A DNA stretch of 39,148 nucleotides from a virus (taxonomy: Duplodnaviria > Heunggongvirae > Uroviricota > Caudoviricetes): IMG/VR virus record IMGVR_UViG_2534681836_000019; one strand, written 5' to 3'. A program made the position numbers and the translations under genes. Below the pieces are notes generated by a model, which searched no databases, was not told where the DNA came from, and saw only the letters and a program-made list of their open reading frames with translations. Positions 24,251 through 34,206 of the stretch are shown piece by piece (the first letter of the stretch is position 1; each line of letters starts with the position of its first letter).

Positions 24251-24612
24251 AATTATTACCTTTTGAAGAAATTAGCCCTTGGGCAGAATGGTCCGAAAAA
24301 AAATATCAGAGAGAAAAACCAACAAGGAAATCTCAAGAGGTACAAATAATAAAATTATAACAATGACTGCTTCAGATAAATTTGTAACAAACCAGAACAC
24401 CATTAACGCATGATTAACCACCCATAGCAAGGATTACTTTTGTAAAGAAAAACACAGCAATGAAAGAATAGCTTTATTTATTAATAAAACGTGTCATTCT
24501 GATTAAGACCTTTTATCTTACCCTTAAGATTTCAGGAATTTTGGCTCATGGAAGAGTCCTTTTTATTTAAATTTTACATTCCGCGATGTAAATGTTCCGA
24601 TTTAATATTACC

Positions 24613-25636
<1,024 letters not shown>

Positions 25637-25640
<4 letters not shown>

Positions 25641-25948
25641 ATATATTTATGATGAGGACGCTCGTGCTTATTGGCAGGATTTTCAATCTTAAAGGAGTAC
25701 TGATGCTGCAGATAAGACTCAACTTTTTCTGACAATTTTTCTGCTACTTCCAGGAAGACTTGCCGGACGCTCCTTCTGGCTGCTGCCTCATAAAACTCCA
25801 GCGCAGCTCCTTCAACACGGTCCATGGCGACATCCAGGTCAAAAATTTCACCGTCAAAGCGTTCCTTGTCCTGTAAGGCTACAGTTACCGTAACTTTATT
25901 CTCAAAATTACGGACTCCTTTCACAACCAGTTCATAGTCTTGAGTCAT
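25637..25948 (-). CDS. ydfR: YdfR-like protein (103 aa), inserted between holin and endolysin
   Basis: ORF tightly coupled between holin stop and endolysin start; same position and size as ydfR in Qin. Confidence 0.6.
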
Positions 25949-25952
25949 TGGA

Positions 25953-26168
25953 TTACTCTCCTCTCGCAGCCTTACGCCTGTCTTCTTTAATCTTGAAATA
26001 AAGATTTGTCAGATACGTCAGCAGGCCAAAAACCAGGCTACCCAGCACACCGATTGCAGCCCACTGTGACGGAGTTACTTTATCGAGTAACTGTAATGCC
26101 CAGAAACCAGCATTACCCGCCGATGTGCCATAGGCAACACCTGTTGTTAACTTATCCATTGATTTCAT
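25953..26168 (-). CDS. S: Pinholin (phage 21 S-like class II holin) with dual-start motif MKSMDK; longest ORF starts at 26246
   Basis: [71 protein letters not shown]: two transmembrane segments, charged C-terminus, Met1/Met4 dual start. Confidence 0.9.
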   Translation of the reverse strand: MKSMDKLTTGVAYGTSAGNAGFWALQLLDKVTPSQWAAIGVLGSLVFGLLTYLTNLYFKIKEDRRKAARGE

Positions 26169-26387
26169 ATCCTCACCCCGATGTACACGGATGGTGCAAT
26201 ATGTTTGAAAAAGATCGGAGTCTACGGGGTAGTTTTGACAGCACACGTTGTTCTCAACGGCGCTAAAGAAACATACACATTAAAAATGTGAGTAATTATT
26301 TTGAAAGAAAGTCATATATAAAATAATAATACGAGAAATGTTTTCATATTTAGTGTACTGTATACGGCCATTATACAGGAAAAGCCT

Positions 26388-26558
26388 ATGTCAGAACGTA
26401 AAGACTCAAAATCACGCCGTAATTATCTCGTTAAATGTTCCTGCCCAAACTGCACCCAAGAGTCAGAACACAGTTTTTCAAGAGTACAAAAAGGTGCCCT
26501 TTTGATCTGCCCTCATTGCAACAAAGTATTCCAGACAAATCTTAAAGCTGTAGCCTGA
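26388..26558 (+). CDS. Small zinc-ribbon protein (56 aa, CxxC...CxxC), possibly YnfU-like
   Basis: MSERKDSKSRRNYLVKCSCPNCTQESEHSFSRVQKGALLICPHCNKVFQTNLKAVA; below ORF-track cut-off; AT-rich promoter-like region upstream, hairpin downstream. Confidence 0.55.
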   Translation: MSERKDSKSRRNYLVKCSCPNCTQESEHSFSRVQKGALLICPHCNKVFQTNLKAVA

Positions 26559-26620
26559 TTGATTTTATTAGTAACAAGTATTTTTTATATTTTAATAATA
26601 TATTTAAAGCAGATAATAAA

Positions 26621-26640
26621 AAACCCGCCTGAGCGGGTTT
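26621..26640. terminator. Hairpin terminator (possibly bidirectional)
   Basis: aaacccgc-ctga-gcgggttt stem-loop, A/T-rich on both flanks; 62 nt downstream of the zinc-ribbon ORF. Confidence 0.5.
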
Positions 26641-26921
26641 GAGATTGTGGTGCTTTTTGTGGGAGTCATCCACTTACGCACTTTGTTTTGCGATGCCAGC
26701 AGTTAGCTTCTGCTGTGAAACTATTCATGCAGCAAACCTGCACTTCACCACAATGGTTAGCATACTTTTCCTGATTAAGATTTTGCCAAATATGCTAGCC
26801 ATTGTTTCATGTATTGGACCTCCTTACTTTTTATTAAAGAGATCCAATATTCACTACTCTGTCCGTATCTCTACTCAGGCATCAGCCTTCTTCGTTATCG
26901 TATACAGACGAGCGATGAATT

Positions 26922-27137
26922 TTAATCAGTAATGATGACATTTGCTGCTGCAGGACCTTTAGCACCTCTCTCTATAGAGAAGGTAACCTTTTGACCTTCA
27001 AATAAGGTTCGATAATTATCATTCTGAATCGCAGAAAAATGCACAAACACATCTTTACTACCATCAACAGGAGAAATAAAGCCGAAACCTTTATCAGCGT
27101 TAAACCATTTTACTAAACCAGTCATTTTATTTGACAT
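26922..27137 (-). CDS. cspB: Cold shock protein, CspB-like
   Basis: 71-aa [41 protein letters not shown]... with cold-shock-domain motifs. Confidence 0.9.
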   Translation of the reverse strand: MSNKMTGLVKWFNADKGFGFISPVDGSKDVFVHFSAIQNDNYRTLFEGQKVTFSIERGAKGPAAANVIITD

Positions 27138-27435
27138 TCTACATTCCTTAACTTGAGCCTTTCGGCATAAATGGTTTGCATAACAGAAACGACTTCGTAC
27201 TTAATTGGAGAGACTCAAAGAAGGAATAAGTGAATAACACCTGAAATGAGAACTGCTTTAGTAAACTACTTCGTATATCGTCTGTTCTTCAAACCGACGC
27301 AGTCATTAACTCATAGTTGAACATATGAAGCAATGTTTATTTTAGACATCCAGCCACCTTCAATCCTATCAAAAAAGTAGTTTTCTCCAGGAACGTGTGT
27401 ATGGTGCACCAGGTTATCAGTATTAAGGAGTTTTT

Positions 27436-27690
27436 CTGTCCCCTAAAATGACAGGAATTGTCAAAAACTTTGACTACAAAAGCAGCAAAGGTCTTATATT
27501 CCCATCCGATGGCGTATCGATGCCCAGCTTCACGTTTCAGCTCTCAATCTTCGAGATGCAGAAGAAATTACCACAGGATTACGCGTGGAATTTTGCTGGA
27601 TAAATGGTTCGCGTGGACCTTCAACTGCCAATGTTTATCCCGGGATGAGATTCAATATCTCTATTGCCCCATTTAAAGCACAAAAACCCG
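27436..27690 (+). pseudogene. cspF: cspF/cspH-like cold-shock gene, apparently frameshifted and lacking an in-frame stop before the terminator
   Basis: Frame X gives (CTG)[25 protein letters not shown]; the X-1 frame continues [42 protein letters not shown], matching the CspF/CspH family as recalled; junction near 27513. Confidence 0.55.
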
Positions 27691-27706
27691 CTTATAAGCG
27701 GGTTTT
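27683..27706. terminator. Bidirectional rho-independent terminator between cspF-like gene and Q (candidate tR-prime for the late transcript)
   Basis: aaaacccgc-ttat-aagcgggtttt perfect stem-loop with T-run on the plus strand and A/T tract on the other side. Confidence 0.65.
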
Positions 27707-27812
27707 CTACTTTTTTCTAAACGTCGGATACACAAAGCCCATCGTTGAGAAAATCTTATCCATATTTTTTGAAAAATGCAAACATCATGTCGCCATCTTC
27801 AGCAAAAATCAT

Positions 27813-28565
27813 TTATCTCGTCACCTTCCTCAATTGCGCTTCCGCGTATGCTTCTTCCTGCCAGCACTTTGTTACCAGTTTACCAATGACGTCCGCATAC
27901 CCCTTATACCACTGATAATCGGTCAGGTCTGGTACCAGCTTCTGGACATGACGTCGTGCCAGCGTGGTCGGTAAACGACTAAACCGGTTTCCATTACAAC
28001 GCCCACAAATCTTATATACCGGTACGCCATGAAACCGGGTTCTTTTTTCATCCAGAACAATCCCTTTACCCTTACACCCTCTGCACGCTGTGCTGACTTC
28101 GCCCTTACCATGGCAATGCTGACATAGTTCCTTCACCCATTCTTCCTTGATTACAGATTCCCCGCGTCTGTAGTGTTTCACCACTTCGCGCAATACATTA
28201 TAAAATCCCGTACCTGAACAATGCTCACAGCGAGCCTTACTTGCCGCAGACCTGGAGTAATCAGCAAAGGCAAAATTCACGAGGTAAGGAATAATCTGTA
28301 ACCGGATTTCTTCACTCAATTTGTTCAATGTCGGGTTATCCAGTGCCATCGCGTAATTTAGCAGGCCTTCAATCGCAAACTGAGCGTCCTGAACACCAAC
28401 TTTTGCCAGAAATAAGGCCAACCCAAGTGGTGCTTTCGACTGCACCATCCCCTGCGCTGCCATTACATCCGTAATTGTTAAACAACCGGTGCCTGTCGCT
28501 GGAGCGTCATCGCTCAATTTTGGAGATTTTGGGGAGTAATATTTTGGTAAGGCTTCAAGGTTCAT
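27813..28565 (-). CDS. Q: Late antiterminator Q (QuuQ-like, zinc-finger type); longest ORF starts at 28595
   Basis: 250 aa from Met11; Cys/His clusters [30 protein letters not shown]; position upstream of the lysis genes. Confidence 0.85.
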   Translation of the reverse strand: MNLEALPKYYSPKSPKLSDDAPATGTGCLTITDVMAAQGMVQSKAPLGLALFLAKVGVQDAQFAIEGLLNYAMALDNPTLNKLSEEIRLQIIPYLVNFAFADYSRSAASKARCEHCSGTGFYNVLREVVKHYRRGESVIKEEWVKELCQHCHGKGEVSTACRGCKGKGIVLDEKRTRFHGVPVYKICGRCNGNRFSRLPTTLARRHVQKLVPDLTDYQWYKGYADVIGKLVTKCWQEEAYAEAQLRKVTR

Positions 28566-28578
28566 GCTCGTTCTCCAC

Positions 28579-29667
28579 TTACGCCAGTACGCCAATTGCC
28601 AGCGCGCGATCGATAAAACGAAATATCAGCTCCAGTTGGGAGCCATACTTCTCTTCAAATGCCACTGTATCCGTATGCAGCTCGTTGTGATGCTTTCTGC
28701 ACAAAGGCAACACAAAGAGATCATGTGCTTTTGTTCCCATTCCGCCCTGCCCGTGACCAATCAGATGATGCGGATCGTCGGCTGGCATACCGCAGCAAGC
28801 ACACGGCTGTGTCTTAACCCAACGTGTGTATTTCTCCTTAACCCAGCGGCGACGTTTAGGCAGCTTCATGAAAGATTCCGGAGACTCTGGATCAACGGTG
28901 ATGCTTACCACCGCCTTTTCCTGTGGTGTTTTTTGTTGCTGGTGGGCGTAAGGCAACGGTGCAAGATTTTTTGTGCGTTGTTTCAATATGCTGGTGGCGG
29001 TCTGCTCTCCCGGTACGATGTCGCTTTCGCGGTACACCGAGCAGATTTTTTCCGCTGGTAATCCCAGCGAACGACGCGATACAGCCTCAGGTAGTGCATC
29101 CACCACCTGATTGCAGACCGCCCACCAGGATAATTCAGCCAAAGATAATTCCCGCTCCTGCGTACCGCTTATTGCGTGACGGATGACGTCAATCACCCAT
29201 GCTGTCAGATTTTGTTGAGCAAGCAGCTCCAGTGATTCCGATGTCTGGTCACGCAGTTGGTTGTCGCAGTGCCAACACAACACCATTGCGCCGGTACCAT
29301 AACGGTGAATGACTGTTTCAGAGTGATGGTAATCGCCATTAGGCCACTGGCAGGATGTAACATGACGTAATAGCCAGTCAGACAATGCGCCAACACCGCC
29401 AGCAGCACGAATCACCCGTTCGTTACTAAAAAACGGCAGCAATGTTTTGTCTTCCGCCAGCGACTGGCGAACGGCAGGAACGACTCCGGATGGCAGATTA
29501 CGCATGCTTTTTGGTTCCGGTTCCACCAGCACTCGAGGATTATGAAATATCTGTATGGATTCACGGCCCGGCTTAAGGACCACCAGCCCAAGCTCAGGCA
29601 CCAGAACAGGTCTAAGTAATACCCGCACGTTACCTCCAGATCCGTTGCTGGAAAGTGCGGGACGCAC
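28579..29667 (-). CDS. ydfU: DUF968-like protein (YdfU-like) with C-terminal HNH/zinc-finger-like motif; true start uncertain
   Basis: C-terminal CACCGMPADDPHHLIGHGQGG...CRKHHNELH motif; position immediately upstream of Q as in Qin. Confidence 0.65.
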   Translation of the reverse strand: MRPALSSNGSGGNVRVLLRPVLVPELGLVVLKPGRESIQIFHNPRVLVEPEPKSMRNLPSGVVPAVRQSLAEDKTLLPFFSNERVIRAAGGVGALSDWLLRHVTSCQWPNGDYHHSETVIHRYGTGAMVLCWHCDNQLRDQTSESLELLAQQNLTAWVIDVIRHAISGTQERELSLAELSWWAVCNQVVDALPEAVSRRSLGLPAEKICSVYRESDIVPGEQTATSILKQRTKNLAPLPYAHQQQKTPQEKAVVSITVDPESPESFMKLPKRRRWVKEKYTRWVKTQPCACCGMPADDPHHLIGHGQGGMGTKAHDLFVLPLCRKHHNELHTDTVAFEEKYGSQLELIFRFIDRALAIGVLA

Positions 29668-29908
29668 GTGGTGGGCGTTCGGAGTAAGGCAATCTGACTG
29701 AGATTATCCAGTGACGGTAGTCGAGGCTAAGGGCTTTCTTAACCTCGTATCCGCGCCTGCGGTAACACTGAATTATCCATTCAGCCTGCTCTTCAGTGCA
29801 TGGAGGGTGTTGGAACCATTCAGACTTGAATGCGTGAGAATACCGCTCGTGCGTGCAGACAAGAACGGGCGAATTATCAGAATTGTAATATTTTACGTTG
29901 CGTGCCAT
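29630..29908 (-). CDS. Hypothetical protein (92 aa)
   Basis: ORF upstream of and slightly overlapping the ydfU-like ORF; could be a separate gene or a displaced N-terminal part. Confidence 0.35.
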   Translation of the reverse strand: MARNVKYYNSDNSPVLVCTHERYSHAFKSEWFQHPPCTEEQAEWIIQCYRRRGYEVKKALSLDYRHWIISVRLPYSERPPRASRTFQQRIWR

Positions 29909-29974
29909 CGGTTTTCTCCGGTGGCACGGTGTTACTCAGCGGGAGTTCAGCCCCGCGCAAGATTGTAGATGAGT

Positions 29975-30226
29975 TTATTCTTCTGCAAAAGCTGAAAAGC
30001 CTGCTTTTATTCCGATCTCTTTCAGTGCCTGTAATGAAGTGACAAACTCACCTTCGCGCAAGATAAATCCGTCTGTCACTCGACCATCCACAAAATTAAT
30101 TAACGCAGCCCCATTCTTTCGCAAACACATAATGCGGTAATGACTAACAAAATTTCCATTTTCAACGCACACAGCATAGAGGCCATCTTCACAAAAAATT
30201 TTACGCAGTTCTTCGATGTTCATCAT
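29975..30226 (-). CDS. rem: Rem-like hypothetical protein (83 aa)
   Basis: 83-aa ORF between ydfU-like gene and hokD, same size and position as rem in Qin. Confidence 0.55.
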   Translation of the reverse strand: MMNIEELRKIFCEDGLYAVCVENGNFVSHYRIMCLRKNGAALINFVDGRVTDGFILREGEFVTSLQALKEIGIKAGFSAFAEE

Positions 30227-30345
30227 CAGAATCCTTCCGGATAATTAGCTCTCCCCTTTAAGGGACCATCCCTCTTATCCCTGCGCGCTACTTAAGTATT
30301 TTTGATTCTATTCCGGCACCGTCCAGAACTTCAAACGCGTTGAAA

Positions 30346-30374
30346 ATAAAAACAAAAACCCGCCGAAGCGGGTT
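30346..30374 (-). terminator. Rho-independent terminator of the relB-relE-hokD operon
   Basis: aacccgc-cgaa-gcgggtt hairpin followed on the minus strand by TTTTTGTTTTT, about 70 nt downstream of the hokD stop. Confidence 0.65.
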
Positions 30375-30442
30375 AAGTGCGGGTGCGTTGAGGATGCCTG
30401 CCACATCAGAGGTGGCGAGGGATTTCTCCCTCGCCGGGTTTC

Positions 30443-30598
30443 TTACTCCTCAGGTTCGTAAGCTGTGAAGACAGCGACCTCCGTCTGGCCGGTTCGGATT
30501 CGTACCTCGCAGAGGTCTTTCCTCGTTACCAGTGCCGTCACTATGACGGTTAAACAGATGACGATCAGGGCGATTAACATCGCCTTTTGCTGCTTCAT
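30443..30598 (-). CDS. hokD: Hok-family membrane toxin HokD (RelF)
   Basis: Manual translation: MKQQKAMLIALIVICLTVIVTALVTRKDLCEVRIRTGQTEVAVFTAYEPEE (51 aa); below ORF-track cut-off. Confidence 0.9.
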   Translation of the reverse strand: MKQQKAMLIALIVICLTVIVTALVTRKDLCEVRIRTGQTEVAVFTAYEPEE

Positions 30599-30669
30599 AG
30601 CCTGCTTCTCCTGTCAACGCAAAGCAGAAGTGTCACCTTCGGTGCGAAACAGAGATGTCATGCTTTGGT

Positions 30670-30957
30670 TCAGAGAATGCGTTTGACCGCCTCGCTATAT
30701 ACTTCCGAGCGTTCTCTTTTCCCAACAGAAATCACGAAAACGACAACTTTCTCGTCTATAACCTGGTATACAAGGCGATAGCCTGAAGACCGGAGCTTAA
30801 TCTTGTAACAATCAGGCATACCACGGAGCTTGTTTGCTTCAATCCGGGGTGACTCAAGTACTTCAACCAGCTTCTTTTTCAACTGTTCACGTACCGTCGA
30901 GCCCAGCTTTCGCCATTCCTTTAGTGCCCGCTCGTCAAAATCCAGAAAATACGCCAT
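30670..30957 (-). CDS. relE: mRNA interferase toxin RelE
   Basis: 95-aa ORF MAYFLDFDERALKEWRKLGSTVREQLKKKL..., recognised as E. coli RelE. Confidence 0.95.
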   Translation of the reverse strand: MAYFLDFDERALKEWRKLGSTVREQLKKKLVEVLESPRIEANKLRGMPDCYKIKLRSSGYRLVYQVIDEKVVVFVISVGKRERSEVYSEAVKRIL

Positions 30958-31196
30958 CAGAGTTCATCCAGCGTCACACGTACTGGCTTAGGATTACGAA
31001 GCCGTTCTTTCACTATCTCCACAAGTTCAGCATCTTCATCACTCAGGAGTGTCTGTTTGAACGGCAAGCGTTCATTGTCAGCGATATACTCGAGCATGAG
31101 ACGAAGCGCTTCAGAAGGAGTTACACCCATTTTTTCAAGCGCGGCGTAAGAACGCGCTTTAAGTTCATCGTCAATACGCAGGTTAATGCTACCCAT
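30957..31196 (-). CDS. relB: Antitoxin RelB
   Basis: 79-aa ORF MGSINLRIDDELKARSYAALEKMGVTPSEALRLM..., recognised as RelB; stop overlaps relE start. Confidence 0.95.
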   Translation of the reverse strand: MGSINLRIDDELKARSYAALEKMGVTPSEALRLMLEYIADNERLPFKQTLLSDEDAELVEIVKERLRNPKPVRVTLDEL

Positions 31197-31204
31197 GTCT
31201 TACA

Positions 31205-31265
31205 CCTCTTGTAATTACAAATGTCATTACAAGTATCGCACTACAACATGCTTAGGGCAAGTCAC
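31205..31265 (-). promoter_or_regulatory. relBE promoter/operator region (relO-like inverted repeats)
   Basis: Minus-strand CTTGTAATGACATTTGTAATTACAAG (31208-31233) contains inverted TTGTAAT repeats just upstream of the relB start. Confidence 0.6.
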
Positions 31266-31526
31266 GAAGGAAGTCAGAAAGTAGTCGTAAGAACGGTGAT
31301 CACTGTCCGCTTTGTGCCAGGAGCAGCCATTGCTAAGTCCATCCTGTATTGTGCAGGTCAGCTCGTTTTTAAAGAGTCCGGCCATCATCTTACTGGTACA
31401 GACACCATATACTTTGTGACGGTCAGGCTACATATGCACAACTCAACTTATTCATCTATTTTTTGCTTTAGCATGTCAGTGTTGCTTTCTCGTCGGCGGG
31501 TGAGCGGTGACCTGACCTGTCGATAA
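31221..31526 (+). CDS. Hypothetical ORF (101 aa) in the relB-flxA divergent intergenic region; may be non-coding
   Basis: ORF only; its ATG lies inside the rel operator; no RBS or motif support. Confidence 0.2.
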   Translation: MSLQVSHYNMLRASHEGSQKVVVRTVITVRFVPGAAIAKSILYCAGQLVFKESGHHLTGTDTIYFVTVRLHMHNSTYSSIFCFSMSVLLSRRRVSGDLTCR

Positions 31527-31680
31527 AGGAACGTAGCACGTTTTATGCAACACCCGCATGCGGCAGAAAATTATTGCCGAACGTTTACCCCTGTCAACAA
31601 GCTTTACTTTCTGAGGCGCGCCAGCCCGCGAGGAAAACAATCTGAACATCAAACAATTAATGACACAAGAAATACGATTA

Positions 31681-31707
31681 AAGATTTTTTTGTGCATGCC
31701 GATAGTG
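31681..31707 (+). promoter_or_regulatory. Sigma-28 (FliA)-type promoter for flxA
   Basis: TAAAGATT (31681-31688), 11-nt spacer, GCCGATAG (31700-31707), close to consensus TAAAGTTT-N11-GCCGATAA; about 20 nt upstream of the flxA start. Confidence 0.6.
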
Positions 31708-31728
31708 CTTTTTTAAAAGGAGAAATCT

Positions 31729-32060
31729 ATGTCTGTCACAATTCAGGGAAATACCTCAACCGTTATTTCAAACAACTCCGCCCCGGAAGGAACATCAGAA
31801 ATAGCCAAAATCACAAGACAAATTCAGGTGCTGACTGAAAAGCTTGGGAAAATCTCATCGGAAGAGGGGATGACGACACAGCAGAAAAAAGAATGGCTGC
31901 ATTGGTACAGAAGCAAATTGAAAGCCTCTGGGCTCAACTGGAGCAGTTGTTAAGGCAGCAGGCAGAGAAAAAGAATGAAGACGCGACAGTTCAGCCTGAT
32001 AAAAAAGAAGAGAAAAAAGACGATACAAATACCGCTGGCACCATTGATATTTACGTCTAA
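31729..32060 (+). pseudogene. flxA: flxA, reading frame interrupted by a 1-nt deficit in an A6 run (intact ORF is 31729-31953, 74 aa)
   Basis: Frame 1 MSVTIQGNTSTVISNN...TTQQKKE then shifts; the -1 frame continues MAALVQKQIESLWAQLEQLLRQQAEKKNEDATVQPDKKEEKKDDTNTAGTIDIYV* to 32060; one extra A at 31885-31890 restores a 110-aa product. Confidence 0.65.
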
Positions 32061-32075
32061 GTGACAGCCGTATTG

Positions 32076-32100
32076 TGGCCCTCATCGGGCCACTTTTCGC
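32076..32100 (+). terminator. Candidate rho-independent terminator downstream of flxA
   Basis: gtggccc-tcatc-gggccac hairpin followed by TTTTCGCC. Confidence 0.45.
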
Positions 32101-32444
32101 CATCAGCCTTTTCTTTAAAGACATATTATCTTTGTATCATTTCTGATAGTTAACATTACAAGATATAAGTAATGGACGCACTCCCAATTAGTCTATTTAA
32201 ATCGCCACGAGTTTAACTGACAACCCATGATCAATTATGAATTGCAACTATTTCTGTAGTCACTTTTGTGGGGACAGTCCACAAAACTGCCAACTTCCGC
32301 TTCTTGCTCTTAGCGGACATTAGCATAGGCTATTTGCCATAACGCCTCATTACGCGCACCGCCCAGACTGACTCAGCGCGTTTCTGGCATATCCCCGGTA
32401 AAACAAGTAACAAACCACCCGAAAATGAACACCAGAAACGCGAC

Positions 32445-33840
32445 TTAAGAATCTACCCTATGAATGGATATGCACTCAACCGAATCGATCTTGGTTTCAA
32501 TCTTTTTTATCGGGATCAGGCTTCTTTTTAGGTAACTTCGGGGGCTTAACTTGCTGATGACTTTGCGTTCGGCGCGTAAGCCAGGGATGGTCAGCTTTAG
32601 GTTTAACATAGTATTTTGAGCGTAAATCAATACGGGCATTATCCACTCGTTCATGGACACTCTTTTCATCATCCAGTGGTATAGGCTCCGGGCCATCAAC
32701 ATACTTTTCCCAGCCCAGCGCTTTCCCGTCATACAGAACGTTAATTTCACCGTCAAAGTTCTCGCATACAGTAACAACCGAATGCCTAAGTCGATATCCC
32801 CGGCCCTCACTGCGTACCTGAAACGCACTGCTTTTGTACTGGAAAGTGAGATTTTTAGACAGAACGCGCTTCGCCTGTAGGCTGAAGATATAACCCAGTT
32901 CCTCTTCAGAATGGTGCACATCAAGATGAGCATTATCAGTAGTACGAGGCGACGTAGCGAACCGGTTGTTATAGGCTTCAATAAAGGTCGGCAACCATGC
33001 ATTTGCTGTTTCAATATCACTGATATTCTGAAGCCGCATTTCTTTGACCAGCCTGTCCTGTAGTGTCTGATTGGCGCGCTCTACCCGCCCTTTTGCCTGC
33101 GGGCTGTTGGCATGGATTGGCTCGATGCCCAGTGTCTTTATCGCACGAGTGAACTGGGTACAGCTCACCTTCCCGCTCTGGGTTATTTACCCTGAATATA
33201 CTGTGTCTATCAGAGTAGAGAGCGAGCGGTACGCCATGATCATTAAGGTAACCCCGGAGGGTTTCCATGTAAGCCCGGGTTGTTTCAGCAGGCACAAAAC
33301 GCAACGCCATCAACGCACTGGTGGCATCATCAATGAAAACGATCAGTGTACATCTGGGGCCTCGATTTTCAAACCAGTCATGAGGTGAGCCATCAATCTG
33401 GATCAGTTCACCGTAAGATGGTCGTCGCATGCGGCGTTGATATATACGGGCAATTTTACGACGGCGTTCACGCCATACCCCCTCTTCTATCATCCACTTT
33501 CTGAGAGTTTCAACGGATAAAGATAAACCGTGTATCTCACGCAATTTTTCGCACGCAAACGTAGGTCCAAAATCAGCGTAACGGCCTTTGAGGAGTGAAA
33601 TTACTGTTGCTCTGAATTCAGTAGAAAAGGAATTATTAGGACGCTTTCCACGTCGGGGGGAAACCAGACCAGAAGGCCCTTCATTTCTATACCGTTGCAC
33701 CAGACGTTTAACCTGCCGAATAGAAATGCCAATGCGTGCCGCAGCTTGTTCCTGAGTAATATGTCGATTAATTGACTCCTGAATAATCTGAAGTCGGTGG
33801 AGTCCTTATGACTCATCGTAACAGTCTCTTTGATCATGAA
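32445..33840 (-). mobile_element. IS-like element remnant: HTH plus rve-type (DDE integrase core) transposase gene, split across at least two frames
   Basis: Minus-strand ORFs 33017-33700 (HTH-like IGISIRQVKRLVQRY, then IQIDGSPHDW...YSDRHSIF) and 32497-33168 (GRVERANQTLQD); frame break near 33150-33170 inside the catalytic core; N-terminal start also out of frame; ends not defined. Confidence 0.7.
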
Positions 33841-34206
33841 AAATCCCCCAGAGAATTGTCTGGGGACATTTTAGAATGGTTCAAAGGGGACATTACAGCT
33901 TGGTGTTAACACATCATAGCCCCTCCATTGCCTTCCGGCGGTTATCGGGCTACTATAATGTTGTCTAGGCATTACAGTGGAGCCCTTGGTTGATTGATAA
34001 AAAAATCTCCAGGGGCTTTCTGCTGTATACCGTCCACAAAACGCTTTCGGCATACAGCCTCAAGCGCCCGCAGCTATTCCAACGACTTTCGTATCTGCAA
34101 CAATCCTTTTATTCGCACGGCTAATTCCTCTGGTTAGCTCTTATCGCCTGCAAATAAATTTTTAACCTTTCCGTTTGATTTAAATTCCAGAAATGGAGAC
34201 TTTGTC

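Noticed and set aside
33601-33837. 78-aa minus-strand ORF at the start of the transposase region
   Set aside because: Begins at the likely transposase ATG but is in the wrong frame relative to the HTH-encoding frame; treated as part of the frameshifted transposase, not a separate gene.
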